Below are positions 20,166-30,160 of a DNA stretch of 59,195 nt, one piece after another; position 1 is the stretch's first letter, and every line of letters begins with the position of its first letter. Made by a program: the position numbers and the translations under genes. The DNA lies in the IMG/VR virus record IMGVR_UViG_3300008448_000086, positions 1 through 59,195 of that record; one strand, given 5' to 3'. The notes beneath the pieces were generated by a model. That model had not been told where the DNA came from. It worked only from the letters and a program-made list of their open reading frames with translations, and did not search any database. This DNA comes from a virus (lineage: Duplodnaviria; Caudoviricetes).

Positions 20166-23100
20166 TCAACTATTTGTTAAAGGTGATGGAATATATTTCA
20201 AAGATACAGAAATTAATCTCTGTTCCGTTGTTAATGAATTTGTTAGTGCTACCTGTGCATATAATCCCTTCATGCTGTCTCCCTGATACTTACCTCCTGC
20301 ACTATTCTCGTCTCTTTTGATGGTAGCGTTAAACTTGTTCTCCTTGCTGTTGATGGTAAATGCTCCTACCGTCTTTTGGAAGTCTGAAACAGCTAATCCT
20401 GACAGCTGATTAGTTAATGGTCCAGTAGTTACCGTTCCTGTCCAAAGGCCGTTAGATAACTCCTCTATAGCCGTATAAGTCTTCTTCAGTTGCAGATTGC
20501 CATTGAATACTGTTGTTACAGATGAGCTTTGCTGCTCTCCAAAAAAGTTGTTTCTGGTAGCTGAATCGTGTATATATATATGCCATCCTGGATTAATAAC
20601 GGCAGCTGGATTTGAATACAAACTATATATAAACCCATTAATAAACTGAAATGATTGAGCTTTAGTAAAACCATAAAAACTTTCAAAAAACTTATCAGAT
20701 TCAGAATATGATACTATATAATTTGTAATAACATTATTGCTTGGATTTATGCTTCCAATAAGCATAATTACATTTCTGTTCTCATAATTAAAACAACCGT
20801 ATCCATAAGAATTGATATTGATATTGGTATTAGCCCATGACGCAAGGTCAAATGTGTCGCTTATATTAGTAATTCCATCAAGGCTGGCTCTTACAATCGC
20901 CTTATTGTTGGCGTCTATAAAATAGTCTCCAAAGTCGGTAGACACAAGGCTGCTTCCGTACTTATCAATACCATACTCTCCTGAGTAGTAATTAGGCTTA
21001 TTTAACAGCTTTTCAGATAAAGATACCTGTGTAGATGACGCATTATCAATGATGATACTTCTAAAAATAGGTATCATGGCTGTTTTATACAGCTGAAACA
21101 TTCTGATGAAGTTCTCCCTTGTCTTTAATCTAAGGATATCGCCAAAGCTAGCATCCGCCTCTTCAAAGTTTTCTGGATAAAATCTATTTAGATTATTTAT
21201 GTTTGTTCCGTAAATATAGGATTGAGAAAATCTCAACATTGCCGGGAAGTATTGCGTCTTGGCAGATTCATCAATAACAAGAGGTCTACCTTGACTCCAG
21301 ACACCACTTTCCCAAAAATCACTAAAGTTGGCATCCATACAAGTATATTCTGTATATTGAACAGAACCACCAAATTCACCAGTAACAAGCTTCCTTAATT
21401 TTGTATAATAATCGCCATCAGTAACCCTAATGATTGCAGGTTGAACACCAGCTCCTATTATTTGATTTTGCGCGGAACCATTATGAACAAGATTTCCATT
21501 AATATCAGTAACTACGTTAAATCTTTCCCCTATTTCATAATAAAAATTCTCGCTATCGTTTGAAATGACCGCTGCAGGCCTGAATATTTCAATTAAATAT
21601 TTATCATTTGTATTAAAAGATATATTCATTCCTGCAACGAAAGCTAATTTTAAATGAAAATCACTTCCGCCTTTTGCTACAACTCCTAGTATTTCATGGT
21701 CTTTTTGACCTACTACCACAGAGCTTGATGTAATATTTTTAATTATTCTAACCCTGTCACCCTTTACAAAAGACGTAGGCCCGTAATTTATTATTGTTCC
21801 TGATACAGGAACCTCTTGGCCATGCTGTATTATATTTTGAATATTTAGATATATATATGCAGCAGGAGTATTACTTGTTTCGTTTACTATACTAGCTTTT
21901 GTAATTAAAAACTTTGAAAACGAACTTGTAAGCTCTTTTGTTCTTACTAAATGATAATAACTTGCCCAAGAAGGAGGAGCGTGATTTATTTCAAGTTGCA
22001 CAGAAAATATTTTTGGCTGACCTAAAATCTCTTTATACTCCGGTATATCTACGGTTAAATTTTTGTTATTTCCTATGTAAACACCATTTGTCTTCCCGTC
22101 GCTACTATAATAAGCAATACCATACTTATATCTTCCTTTCCATTTAAGAGTAGAAACAGAATCTGTAGAATTCCCTGTAGCGCCAGTAAAAGGCTGAAAA
22201 GTAAAACCAATACCACCACCAACAAACTGGCTCGAAATAAAATAATGGTCAAAATTATTTAGTATAAAACGAAATACAGTAAGATTGCCTATGTTATTGT
22301 CTATTATTATCTCAACATTAGCGCTCGTAGAATTAAGCGCATCTCTTATGCTTACAATTGCATCATATAGTGTTTGGCCAGCAGTTACTGTGTAGTTTAT
22401 TGGCGGTTCAGGAACAGATACTAAGGTATTTATATCTAATGGGTCGGATTGGAATATATTAAAATTGAACGTAATAACATCTCCAGTATTTACAGTTCCG
22501 CTAATTTCAATAGATTGCTGCTGATTATAGTATGTGTAAGGAGGAGCTGTCGGGTCAAATAATATATTGTTATTTGAACCCTCTTGGATAGTAACACTAC
22601 CTGGTATTGCAGGAGTTGATTCAATAATTGATGATGTTACATCAAAGCTTGCAAGCCTAGGTAATCCCTCTTTAATGCCTCCATAAACAAGTGTATTCCC
22701 GTTAGCAAGCTCAAAAGTATTTGCTTCATCAGGGACATAATCAAAAAGCAAATTTCCTTCTTCTATATCTATAGAAAGATACGAGCCATCATTAAAAAAA
22801 GAATATTGATAAGCTGTATTATTTGCTAATGATAGTTGAGCTTTATCAATAGTTTCTATAAGGAAAAAGTCGCTCCATACGGATTCGATATTTACTCTCG
22901 CAGCAATTTCTATTTTTTTAATTAGCTTATCGCCTGTCTGAATAGTAACATAAATTCCATTAGCTTTTGTTCCATCGGCATAATAAGCTTCGTCATTGGC
23001 TTTTGTAGGCAATGGGACTTTGCTTATTGCACTCCATACACTTTTCTCTTCATCATCAAAAACAAACCTATACTTAAACTGAAACAGCTTTTTTCTGAGA

Positions 23101-23687
23101 TTATTTATACTTCTTCCAGGAGCGTCAAAATAACTACAAGGAGGATGGCTTATTGGCGGAGCTTTAATTACCTTAAAATAATCGAATATTACATCATTCG
23201 TAGATGCAAGTATTGGTAAATTTGTTATGTTGAATTTTAATGGCCTTTTTAATGGGTCAATAAAATATACTAAATCACCTCCATTGTCCCTGTAAATAAT
23301 TTTAATATCTTTTATAATCTTATTAGGATTATATTGGCTATCTGTTCCCCATTGAAAAATACTTGTTCCTCCTGTATTTGTTCTATCCTGAAACAATACC
23401 GTATGATTGCCATTTGTTACGTCTACTAATATTATTCTATGATATTGCTGAGTATTGAATGTAAAATAAATAATCCTTTGATTTGTTCTGTCAAAATGAG
23501 AGCCGCATATCCAATCAGTACCTCCAGTTGGAGCTGGTGCGCCTGGTATTAATCTGTTCCCAGGAAGGTTAACCAACCCCTCAGAACCATTGCTTACGTT
23601 CATGGCATACGTATACGCTCCATTTGGCAAAAGCTCAGGAGACGCATCCGTATTCATTCCCTTATTAAAACCTCTTACATCTACCAT
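20166..23687 (-). CDS. Tail nozzle/muzzle ('stabilization') protein
   Basis: 1173 aa; FNKGMNTDASPELLPNGAY..AMN start, FQFKYRFVFDDEEKSVWS, YGIAYY, GEYGI motifs as in Bacteroidota podophage muzzle proteins. Confidence 0.75.
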   Translation of the reverse strand: MVDVRGFNKGMNTDASPELLPNGAYTYAMNVSNGSEGLVNLPGNRLIPGAPAPTGGTDWICGSHFDRTNQRIIYFTFNTQQYHRIILVDVTNGNHTVLFQDRTNTGGTSIFQWGTDSQYNPNKIIKDIKIIYRDNGGDLVYFIDPLKRPLKFNITNLPILASTNDVIFDYFKVIKAPPISHPPCSYFDAPGRSINNLRKKLFQFKYRFVFDDEEKSVWSAISKVPLPTKANDEAYYADGTKANGIYVTIQTGDKLIKKIEIAARVNIESVWSDFFLIETIDKAQLSLANNTAYQYSFFNDGSYLSIDIEEGNLLFDYVPDEANTFELANGNTLVYGGIKEGLPRLASFDVTSSIIESTPAIPGSVTIQEGSNNNILFDPTAPPYTYYNQQQSIEISGTVNTGDVITFNFNIFQSDPLDINTLVSVPEPPINYTVTAGQTLYDAIVSIRDALNSTSANVEIIIDNNIGNLTVFRFILNNFDHYFISSQFVGGGIGFTFQPFTGATGNSTDSVSTLKWKGRYKYGIAYYSSDGKTNGVYIGNNKNLTVDIPEYKEILGQPKIFSVQLEINHAPPSWASYYHLVRTKELTSSFSKFLITKASIVNETSNTPAAYIYLNIQNIIQHGQEVPVSGTIINYGPTSFVKGDRVRIIKNITSSSVVVGQKDHEILGVVAKGGSDFHLKLAFVAGMNISFNTNDKYLIEIFRPAAVISNDSENFYYEIGERFNVVTDINGNLVHNGSAQNQIIGAGVQPAIIRVTDGDYYTKLRKLVTGEFGGSVQYTEYTCMDANFSDFWESGVWSQGRPLVIDESAKTQYFPAMLRFSQSYIYGTNINNLNRFYPENFEEADASFGDILRLKTRENFIRMFQLYKTAMIPIFRSIIIDNASSTQVSLSEKLLNKPNYYSGEYGIDKYGSSLVSTDFGDYFIDANNKAIVRASLDGITNISDTFDLASWANTNININSYGYGCFNYENRNVIMLIGSINPSNNVITNYIVSYSESDKFFESFYGFTKAQSFQFINGFIYSLYSNPAAVINPGWHIYIHDSATRNNFFGEQQSSSVTTVFNGNLQLKKTYTAIEELSNGLWTGTVTTGPLTNQLSGLAVSDFQKTVGAFTINSKENKFNATIKRDENSAGGKYQGDSMKGLYAQVALTNSLTTEQRLISVSLKYIPSPLTNS

Positions 23688-23689
23688 AA

Positions 23690-24460
23690 TTATCCTTTAA
23701 CAGCTAATACTTCACCTGCTCTAATAATATCGTTAATCTCCCAAATCCTTACAGGGTTGATTCTGAACTTCGCTTTCTTCTTCTCTCTTACGTAATTCAG
23801 CCTGCGCTGTTCCTTACTCATCTCCTGAAACCTTCTACCCATAGGCTTATACTCGTGGTCCTTCCACGCAATCCAGGCAATCATGGCTTCTTTGATGATG
23901 ATGGGGACTTTGTACTCTTCGTCGTCGCGTGGAGAAGAAAGATATTCCAGTATAACGTATTCATAAGGGAAGTTGTTATCTAAAAATATGATGCCTTTTT
24001 CTTCGTCAATACCGAATTGGCCGGCACTCATCAGAAATCCGCCCAACCCATATAGGTTGAACAGCGCACCATTATTATCGTAATTAAGATATACGAAGTC
24101 TCTGATATTGGTAGGGTCTACAGGAGCGTCCGTATTATTGGTTGTCCTTGTGCTGAAATCCAACTGATAAGACGTAAGATTAGGATTCTTGCTAAGTGTA
24201 GCAATCTCTCCTTCGCTGTTAAGTACGCCTACCTTTACATAGGCTACATAATCAGAAGGAAGCTTTACCGTCTTATTTGGAAGTACAGTAAGCTTTTGCG
24301 TCTTAGGCATCTGATAAATATTAAACAGCATATCCTCCAAGCCCCTGAAAGCAATATTCCATAGCCTTCTGTAGTGCGCCATGTTCAGCTCGGCTTGGGA
24401 GATATACTCCTTAACCACTTCGTCGAGATGAATCCATCTCGCTGTTTTCATTGTATCCAT
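23690..24460 (-). CDS. Tail ring/adaptor protein
   Basis: LPSDYVAYVKVG and VILEYLS motifs; position before nozzle. Confidence 0.7.
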   Translation of the reverse strand: MDTMKTARWIHLDEVVKEYISQAELNMAHYRRLWNIAFRGLEDMLFNIYQMPKTQKLTVLPNKTVKLPSDYVAYVKVGVLNSEGEIATLSKNPNLTSYQLDFSTRTTNNTDAPVDPTNIRDFVYLNYDNNGALFNLYGLGGFLMSAGQFGIDEEKGIIFLDNNFPYEYVILEYLSSPRDDEEYKVPIIIKEAMIAWIAWKDHEYKPMGRRFQEMSKEQRRLNYVREKKKAKFRINPVRIWEINDIIRAGEVLAVKG

Positions 24461-25077
24461 TACTTAATGTCGTTGCCGTCGTTACTAATGTCCTGAATGC
24501 CCATCCTTGACTTTACCCTTCTTATGACTAAGTCAGTAGCGGCAAGTCCAATGTTATCAGGAATATCTGTAGAATCAGGAGTAGCCTCCGAAGTAACCAT
24601 CCTGACTATACCCTTTAAATCCTTTAGATTCTTATAACTCATCATATAGAACGTAGAGCCTTCTGTCCAGCCAAATATCTTATTCTTGGGCATAGGAAGC
24701 ACTCTCATTACATCTATCTCTTGAGGAGCAATCTGAATGACAGTATCTGTCAGCTGGCCTTCTCCGCTTTTAAAATATACACCTGCAATAGCGATACCTC
24801 TAGGAAGACCAAGAGGAACCTGCGGAAGAGACAGATAGTAATATCCCGTATCGTTGTCCTTTGAGACAACTCGGTTCTTAAATGTAGCATAGTACATGTC
24901 GTTCATGTACGTGATGCTTTCCATTTCAGCAGACTCCTTATAGCGCTGCTCCATTACAGTAGCTATCGCCTGACCAAGCCAAAGCGATATCTCGTTATCC
25001 GTAATCTGAGCATCGTCAAACGGAAGGCCGTTATTGATGTCTCTTTGTATAAGTTCTATTAACTGCGCTCTTGTCAT
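24460..25077 (-). CDS. Tail ring/adaptor protein
   Basis: MTRAQLIELI.. N-terminus; between paralogous ring genes. Confidence 0.6.
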   Translation of the reverse strand: MTRAQLIELIQRDINNGLPFDDAQITDNEISLWLGQAIATVMEQRYKESAEMESITYMNDMYYATFKNRVVSKDNDTGYYYLSLPQVPLGLPRGIAIAGVYFKSGEGQLTDTVIQIAPQEIDVMRVLPMPKNKIFGWTEGSTFYMMSYKNLKDLKGIVRMVTSEATPDSTDIPDNIGLAATDLVIRRVKSRMGIQDISNDGNDIK

Positions 25078-25766
25078 TCACCTTGCATTTTTGCTGTTTG
25101 CGAAACACGAACCAAATCAGCGTCTTTAAGATTAATACCTATCAAACCAAGCTGTATAAAGATAAGCTCATTTATCTCCTGGTCTCTCCATTCGGGATTT
25201 ACAACAGCACCACTTGTCCCAGACGAGTCATAAGTAGGTACTCCTCCAACCAGTGTAAATGGCCATGTAATATCAGCCGGCTTCCTGACATACGTCATTA
25301 TCATCCTGTCAACATCATCTGTTCCTGTTATCATCCTGAATCCGCCATCGTATTCATAGTAGTACGGATTAGTAGCTGAAGGGGGGTCAATAACAGAGCT
25401 GATAGCGCTATGTATTTGCTCGTGCTTCACCCTTCTGATTCTTTTCCCATCTTCTGTATTTAGACTTAATAACTTCAGATAATCAGGATATTGCGTCTTT
25501 ACATTTGCCAGCTCATTAACAGACTTTAAGATTACCCTTTTGGTAAACGGAGCAAGCTTCTCTTCAACCACCTGCGTCATGTGACCGCCTGTGCGAGCCA
25601 CTGGTCTGCCTGGTTGATACTCTTGCACCTGACCTAAAATCCTGTTAATGAATATTCTTTGGGCTGTGTTGAACGTATTTACAAACTCATCAGGAGCCAA
25701 ATACCCGTGATGATACTTGTTGCAGAGGTATTGAACATCCTCGTATACGGTATTAGAAGTAGCCAT
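25074..25766 (-). CDS. Head-tail adaptor/ring protein
   Basis: NK..GYLAPDEF..FN.AQ and Y.RKP..W motifs. Confidence 0.7.
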   Translation of the reverse strand: MATSNTVYEDVQYLCNKYHHGYLAPDEFVNTFNTAQRIFINRILGQVQEYQPGRPVARTGGHMTQVVEEKLAPFTKRVILKSVNELANVKTQYPDYLKLLSLNTEDGKRIRRVKHEQIHSAISSVIDPPSATNPYYYEYDGGFRMITGTDDVDRMIMTYVRKPADITWPFTLVGGVPTYDSSGTSGAVVNPEWRDQEINELIFIQLGLIGINLKDADLVRVSQTAKMQGE

Positions 25767-25770
25767 ACAT

Positions 25771-25807
25771 CAAAGATAAAAAAAAGGCCACTGTAAAAAC
25801 AGCGGCC
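25771..25807 (-). terminator. Intrinsic terminator fused to TATCTTTG promoter box
   Basis: ggccgctg-tttttaca-gtggcc + U8 running into TATCTTTG, 4 nt before ATG 25766. Confidence 0.75.
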
Positions 25808-25848
25808 ATAAACCTAAACTATGAAAAAAGCTATATTTATTTCAACAC

Positions 25849-26814
25849 TTAAAGGACTTCTTTGAGTCGCTTGTAGAAGGCATTAGACTCATCTGTGTCG
25901 GAAAGGATGAAGTTTGCAATGACTTCAACTACCGATTTTCCAAATGGAATCTCTGTGATTACCTTGTCGGAATCCTTCCATGTGAGGTATCCTTTTTTAG
26001 AAGCTACATCAAGTACGCCTGCATCAAGGCCTTTCTTTACGAAATACTGAGCTTTAGCAGCCGGACTTCCTGATGTACTCATAAAGTATTCAGGCTTCTC
26101 AGCAGCCTTATTGGCGTAGTCTACGCGTACTTTAGCAAGAGACTTCTGCTCTCCGTACTGATTAATCATCTGGATTCCTAAAAACTCGGCATGGATAAGC
26201 ATATCTTCTACTTCAGCATTCATAGCTGTATTGATAGCTCTCAGCTTCGTTTCTTCTTTTAACAGCTCTTTGTTCTCAACATCTGCGCTGTTAACGAGCG
26301 TATACTTAGGCTTCTTGCCTTTCAGTCTCTCTTCTTTCTTATCGTAGTCATCGCTGTTCAAAAGGAACTTTAACAGCGTCTTGTTTGTTCTTGGAACACG
26401 CAGGTATCCGTTGTTAAATACGATGTCCAGCTTGTTTCTCTGCAAATATTGCGGAGTATAGCCTTCCTGCTCATCCATAAAGATGGAGCTTGCGCCACGT
26501 ACCAAACGAATAGTTCTTACGGATTGCGTTTCGCTGTCATATACAGGCATCTCATTTACTACAGACTCATAAGCTTTAGGCTTTATCCCTTCAGGAGTTA
26601 ACAGCTTAAAAACGTACATCTCTGGCTCTTTCTGCTGAGATTTGATTTTAAACTCTGTCTTAGCGATGATTTGCTTGAGTTTGTCTCCTTCTTCATCGAA
26701 CTCCTTAATGGGTCTTTTAGGTCTTTCGATGGCATCTTCTGTAACTACTGGCGCATCGGACAGCGCATTTAATACCGGTAGTTGCGGCTCTTGTTTGACT
26801 TGTTTTGTAGGCAT
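25849..26814 (-). CDS. Conserved protein downstream of the major capsid gene (virion-associated, function unknown)
   Basis: 321 aa; IRL...SIFMDEQ..IVFNNGYLRVP motif; TATATTTG box at 26837-26830. Confidence 0.6.
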   Translation of the reverse strand: MPTKQVKQEPQLPVLNALSDAPVVTEDAIERPKRPIKEFDEEGDKLKQIIAKTEFKIKSQQKEPEMYVFKLLTPEGIKPKAYESVVNEMPVYDSETQSVRTIRLVRGASSIFMDEQEGYTPQYLQRNKLDIVFNNGYLRVPRTNKTLLKFLLNSDDYDKKEERLKGKKPKYTLVNSADVENKELLKEETKLRAINTAMNAEVEDMLIHAEFLGIQMINQYGEQKSLAKVRVDYANKAAEKPEYFMSTSGSPAAKAQYFVKKGLDAGVLDVASKKGYLTWKDSDKVITEIPFGKSVVEVIANFILSDTDESNAFYKRLKEVL

Positions 26815-26838
26815 AAATATTTATTTGAACAAATATAA

Positions 26839-26903
26839 TAAAAAGCCCCCGAATATGAATAGTCAGGGGGTTATTTATTCACTTAACACAAAAAAACAAA
26901 CCT
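26839..26903 (-). ncRNA. Putative small antisense RNA B
   Basis: TACATTTG (26914-26907), U/G-rich body ggtttgttttttttgtgttaagtgaat, terminator ccccc..ggggg + U-tract. Confidence 0.6.
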
Positions 26904-26916
26904 TTGCAAATGTAAC

Positions 26917-26974
26917 AAAAAACCCCGAAAGTAAAAACAATCGGGGAGTAATAGAAAACAGAGTCAATCCAAGA
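26917..26974 (-). ncRNA. Putative small antisense RNA A
   Basis: TATTTTTG (26985-26978), body ttggattgactctgttttctatta, terminator ccccga..tcgggg + U6. Confidence 0.65.
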
Positions 26975-27033
26975 ACTCAAAAATACTTTATTAATCTATT
27001 CGTGCTGAATAGTTGTATCAACACTATTTAAAT

Positions 27034-27066
27034 AAAAAACCCCCCGAAAATCGAGGGGTCTTTTTT
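27034..27066 (-). terminator. Terminator after the major capsid gene (bidirectional type)
   Basis: gacccctcga/tcggggggt hairpin with A- and T-tracts on both sides. Confidence 0.75.
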
Positions 27067-27080
27067 ATGCTTAGTTAAGA

Positions 27081-28445
27081 TTAAGCACTCAGGCGCACGA
27101 AGCGGTTTGCAGCGAACACACGCAGACCAGCATAGCACAGGTGGTGTACGTTCAGTTCAGCAACATCGCTTGTAGGACTCTTAGCGAAAGCACCAGTTTC
27201 CCAAATGTGCAGGTCTTTGCCATTCACATTGTTGTAGGTAACTTCGATAGAGTTGTAACGCTCTCCAGTTTGAGGGTCACGTCCTTGAGCCATCGGAACT
27301 ACGATACCGTAGTTTTTGTACTGATGGTCAGTAGGAGTAGCACCGTATACAGCTTCAGGAGAGAACGGCATGTACTTCTTAATGTGGAAAGTATAGCCAT
27401 CCATAGTGATAGAACCGAAACCGTACATAGCAGCAGCTTCTTTGCTACCACCTACAGTACCCCAAAGGATAGCACCAGCATCGTACAGGTCAAACAGTTC
27501 GTCATCCAGCTCTTGACGTAAGAACACGTCAGCAAGCAGGTGATTCTCCATAGAACCTCCGTTGAAGTCTAAAGCACGAGTTACTTCGTGTAATTTAGCT
27601 CTGTCAAGAGAACCAGCAGTATAAGATACGCCAGTACCACGGCTTTCGATTTGGTCGATAAGACCGATAGTGTTCTTAGAAGTAGCAGAAGCGTTTGTGT
27701 TGGTAATTTGCTTACCGAAAACAAGAGTAAACTCTTTGTTGTTCATGTAACGCTTAACAGCATCTTCGAGACCTTTGTAAGAGTAATTATCACCAAACCA
27801 GATTTCTTCAATCATAGCACGGTCAGTTACTCTCCAGTCTTCGCGGATTTCAGAAACGTAGTTCAGAACTTCTTCAACACGAGGAATCAAAGCATCTCCC
27901 TTAGAAGAAGCTTCGCCTACCGCAGCTTGTCCGCGGAAGAGAATCCACTCGTTAGCATCCAGACGACCATCTACAGTAGCAGACTCAAATTGTTGAGTAG
28001 AGCTAAGAGGACGTACAGTTGCAGTGTGCGCACCAGCAGAAGTTTTGTCAACTGAAACTACTTTACCTTGGATACCAGTAGAAGCGATTTCAACTACTTC
28101 ACCTACACGGATAGGAGATTTAGTTCCGCTGTCATAGTGAGAACCAGAAGTCAAAGTGAAAGTAACAGCAGAACCATTGGTTGCACCAGTTACGTTAGCT
28201 TGTACTTGAACAGCTTGGTGTAATTTACCCAAATCTTCCCAGTGACGGATAGTTTGAGATTTCACCTGTCCTTTGAACCCGAGCATTTCCAACAGCATAG
28301 TGTAGTTCTGAGAACCATACTTGCTGATGAATTTAGGGTAGTACTGAGGTTTTAAGATACTAAGGTCACTAACGATACCTCTCGTTAGACCTGCGCCAGG
28401 ATTTACAAATGCTGACGGTTTCTCTGAGGCTGAATTGTATGCCAT
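27081..28445 (-). CDS. Major capsid protein
   Basis: 454 aa after scaffold; strongly biased codon usage; YGSQ, GFGSITMDGYTFH, HHLCYAGLRVFAANRF motifs of Bacteroidota podophage MCPs. Confidence 0.85.
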   Translation of the reverse strand: MAYNSASEKPSAFVNPGAGLTRGIVSDLSILKPQYYPKFISKYGSQNYTMLLEMLGFKGQVKSQTIRHWEDLGKLHQAVQVQANVTGATNGSAVTFTLTSGSHYDSGTKSPIRVGEVVEIASTGIQGKVVSVDKTSAGAHTATVRPLSSTQQFESATVDGRLDANEWILFRGQAAVGEASSKGDALIPRVEEVLNYVSEIREDWRVTDRAMIEEIWFGDNYSYKGLEDAVKRYMNNKEFTLVFGKQITNTNASATSKNTIGLIDQIESRGTGVSYTAGSLDRAKLHEVTRALDFNGGSMENHLLADVFLRQELDDELFDLYDAGAILWGTVGGSKEAAAMYGFGSITMDGYTFHIKKYMPFSPEAVYGATPTDHQYKNYGIVVPMAQGRDPQTGERYNSIEVTYNNVNGKDLHIWETGAFAKSPTSDVAELNVHHLCYAGLRVFAANRFVRLSA

Positions 28446-28470
28446 TTTTTGAGATTTTTAATTGTTAATA

Positions 28471-29598
28471 TTACGTGTTACCAAAGAAATAATCCACCAT
28501 TTCCTGCTCCTTACTCAGCTGTTCGTTAGGTTGTTGCCTCATTGTCGTGTCCTGAAAGTTGGCATTTTTCAACCCTTTGATGAGTAGCGATTTCGTATTG
28601 TTTACCGCCTGACTTACATGTGCATCAATAATCTTATTCAGATTCTCCAGCACATACACATCTTTGGCGATAGCAGTAGTATTAAAGCTACCATCTTCTT
28701 TAATGTAACGAGGTACAAAGTAGTCCTGTAGAGTAAACTTCTCAAGCGATTGTTTCAGATTCTGCTTTTCAGCCTGGTCTATAACAAACGATGTTTGGAA
28801 GTCTAGCTCATCGTCCTTGTACTTAGTTCCAAAACCCGTAACCTCATTCATGGCCGAGTCAATGGATTTTACGTACTTGTCCCTGAACTCCTTTATAGCA
28901 GCTTCGTCAATTTCGTTCCCTTGTGGAACTTCAGCTTGACTTGCGCTCGTTGCAATATCTGGAAGAACTATTTCCTGTTTCTTTTCCTGTAAGAAGCTTT
29001 TGGCTTCCTTCAAGTCTTTCTTTTTAAGACGCTCCATTGCTGCCACCTCTCTTTCATATCTCTTCTTAGCCTTCTCAATGTCAGCAGGGTCGTCTAAGTC
29101 TTCATCAATATCCGGCTGGTCTACACCATATCTGCTTTCAAATTCATCTTGCAGTTCAGCATCGGACAGCTCAGGGTTTTCGTATTTGAGTTTTAACTTT
29201 AAAACGTTATCGGCATCCAATTTGTCAACATTTTCAAGTTGCTTCTGTTGCTGATAGACGTTCATAAACTCATCTACCTTACCTTCCTTCAAATATTCAA
29301 AGACCTTCTTACTTGTTTCGTTAGCAAAATTAATTTCCTGATTAACAGGTTTTTCAGCAAGTTGTAGTATTTCATCAACACTTTTAAACTTACCGTTAGT
29401 TTTTTCTGCTAAAATAGCATCAAAGTCTATTTGTGTTGAAGGATTAGTTTCATGTGGAACATTGCTGTTGCCTGAAATGGCCTCTTCTGCTGCATTTACA
29501 GGCGGTTGCGAGTTACCACTTTGGGAACCTTCACCTTCTTGTTGCATCTCACCGGATGCGATTAAATCCTCGAACATCGAGGCATTAGGATTACTCAT
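28471..29598 (-). CDS. Capsid scaffolding protein
   Basis: Acidic coiled coil directly upstream of MCP. Confidence 0.75.
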   Translation of the reverse strand: MSNPNASMFEDLIASGEMQQEGEGSQSGNSQPPVNAAEEAISGNSNVPHETNPSTQIDFDAILAEKTNGKFKSVDEILQLAEKPVNQEINFANETSKKVFEYLKEGKVDEFMNVYQQQKQLENVDKLDADNVLKLKLKYENPELSDAELQDEFESRYGVDQPDIDEDLDDPADIEKAKKRYEREVAAMERLKKKDLKEAKSFLQEKKQEIVLPDIATSASQAEVPQGNEIDEAAIKEFRDKYVKSIDSAMNEVTGFGTKYKDDELDFQTSFVIDQAEKQNLKQSLEKFTLQDYFVPRYIKEDGSFNTTAIAKDVYVLENLNKIIDAHVSQAVNNTKSLLIKGLKNANFQDTTMRQQPNEQLSKEQEMVDYFFGNT

Positions 29599-29618
29599 TG
29601 TTTTCTGTTTTTAAGTTA

Positions 29619-29750
29619 TTAATACTTGGTTTTACCTTTCATCTTGCCCATAGCAGTATTTGCTTTTTTGGACATAGTTGCAGGCTTACCTTGTTTCTTT
29701 GCCATTTTCTCTTGCATGGACTTAAATGCTGCGTTCTTTTTTGCTTTCAT
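29619..29750 (-). CDS. Very small Lys/Met-rich basic protein
   Basis: MKAKKNAAFKSMQEKMAKKQGK... from ATG 29750. Confidence 0.6.
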   Translation of the reverse strand: MKAKKNAAFKSMQEKMAKKQGKPATMSKKANTAMGKMKGKTKY

Positions 29751-29781
29751 TTTATTTGATTTTAATTGATTACGAAGATAC

Positions 29782-30159
29782 TTATTTTCTGTATTTAGCA
29801 ACCTTTTTAGCTACGCTTTTTGGTTGTTTTACAAACTGCTTACCTGCTTTGCTTCCTTCTGCTTTTGCTCTGTTAGTTGCTGCCTTCTCGGATGCAGATA
29901 ACGAACCCCAAGCTTTCTTCGGTAAATACCTGCGTTTACCTTCTGATGGCTTGCCTGATGATGTGGTCCATTCCTGCTTAGTCCATTTAGCTAACTTGTT
30001 ATCAGATGATTTAGCACCTTTATAACCACCACCTTTCTCTTTGTATATTTTAACAGCTAACTGCATTGCACGAGCCGAGTGCTTACCGCCCATCTTAGCT
30101 TTTGCCTGCTGCTTGGCTTTCTCCCAAAGAGCAAGATTAGTTTTTGTTGCTGTACTCAT
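29782..30159 (-). CDS. Small basic protein (DUF5872-like)
   Basis: HSARAMQLAVK.YK.KGGGYKG..L.KW.KQEW.T..RYLPKKAW; ATG at 30159. Confidence 0.7.
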   Translation of the reverse strand: MSTATKTNLALWEKAKQQAKAKMGGKHSARAMQLAVKIYKEKGGGYKGAKSSDNKLAKWTKQEWTTSSGKPSEGKRRYLPKKAWGSLSASEKAATNRAKAEGSKAGKQFVKQPKSVAKKVAKYRK

Positions 30160-30160
30160 A

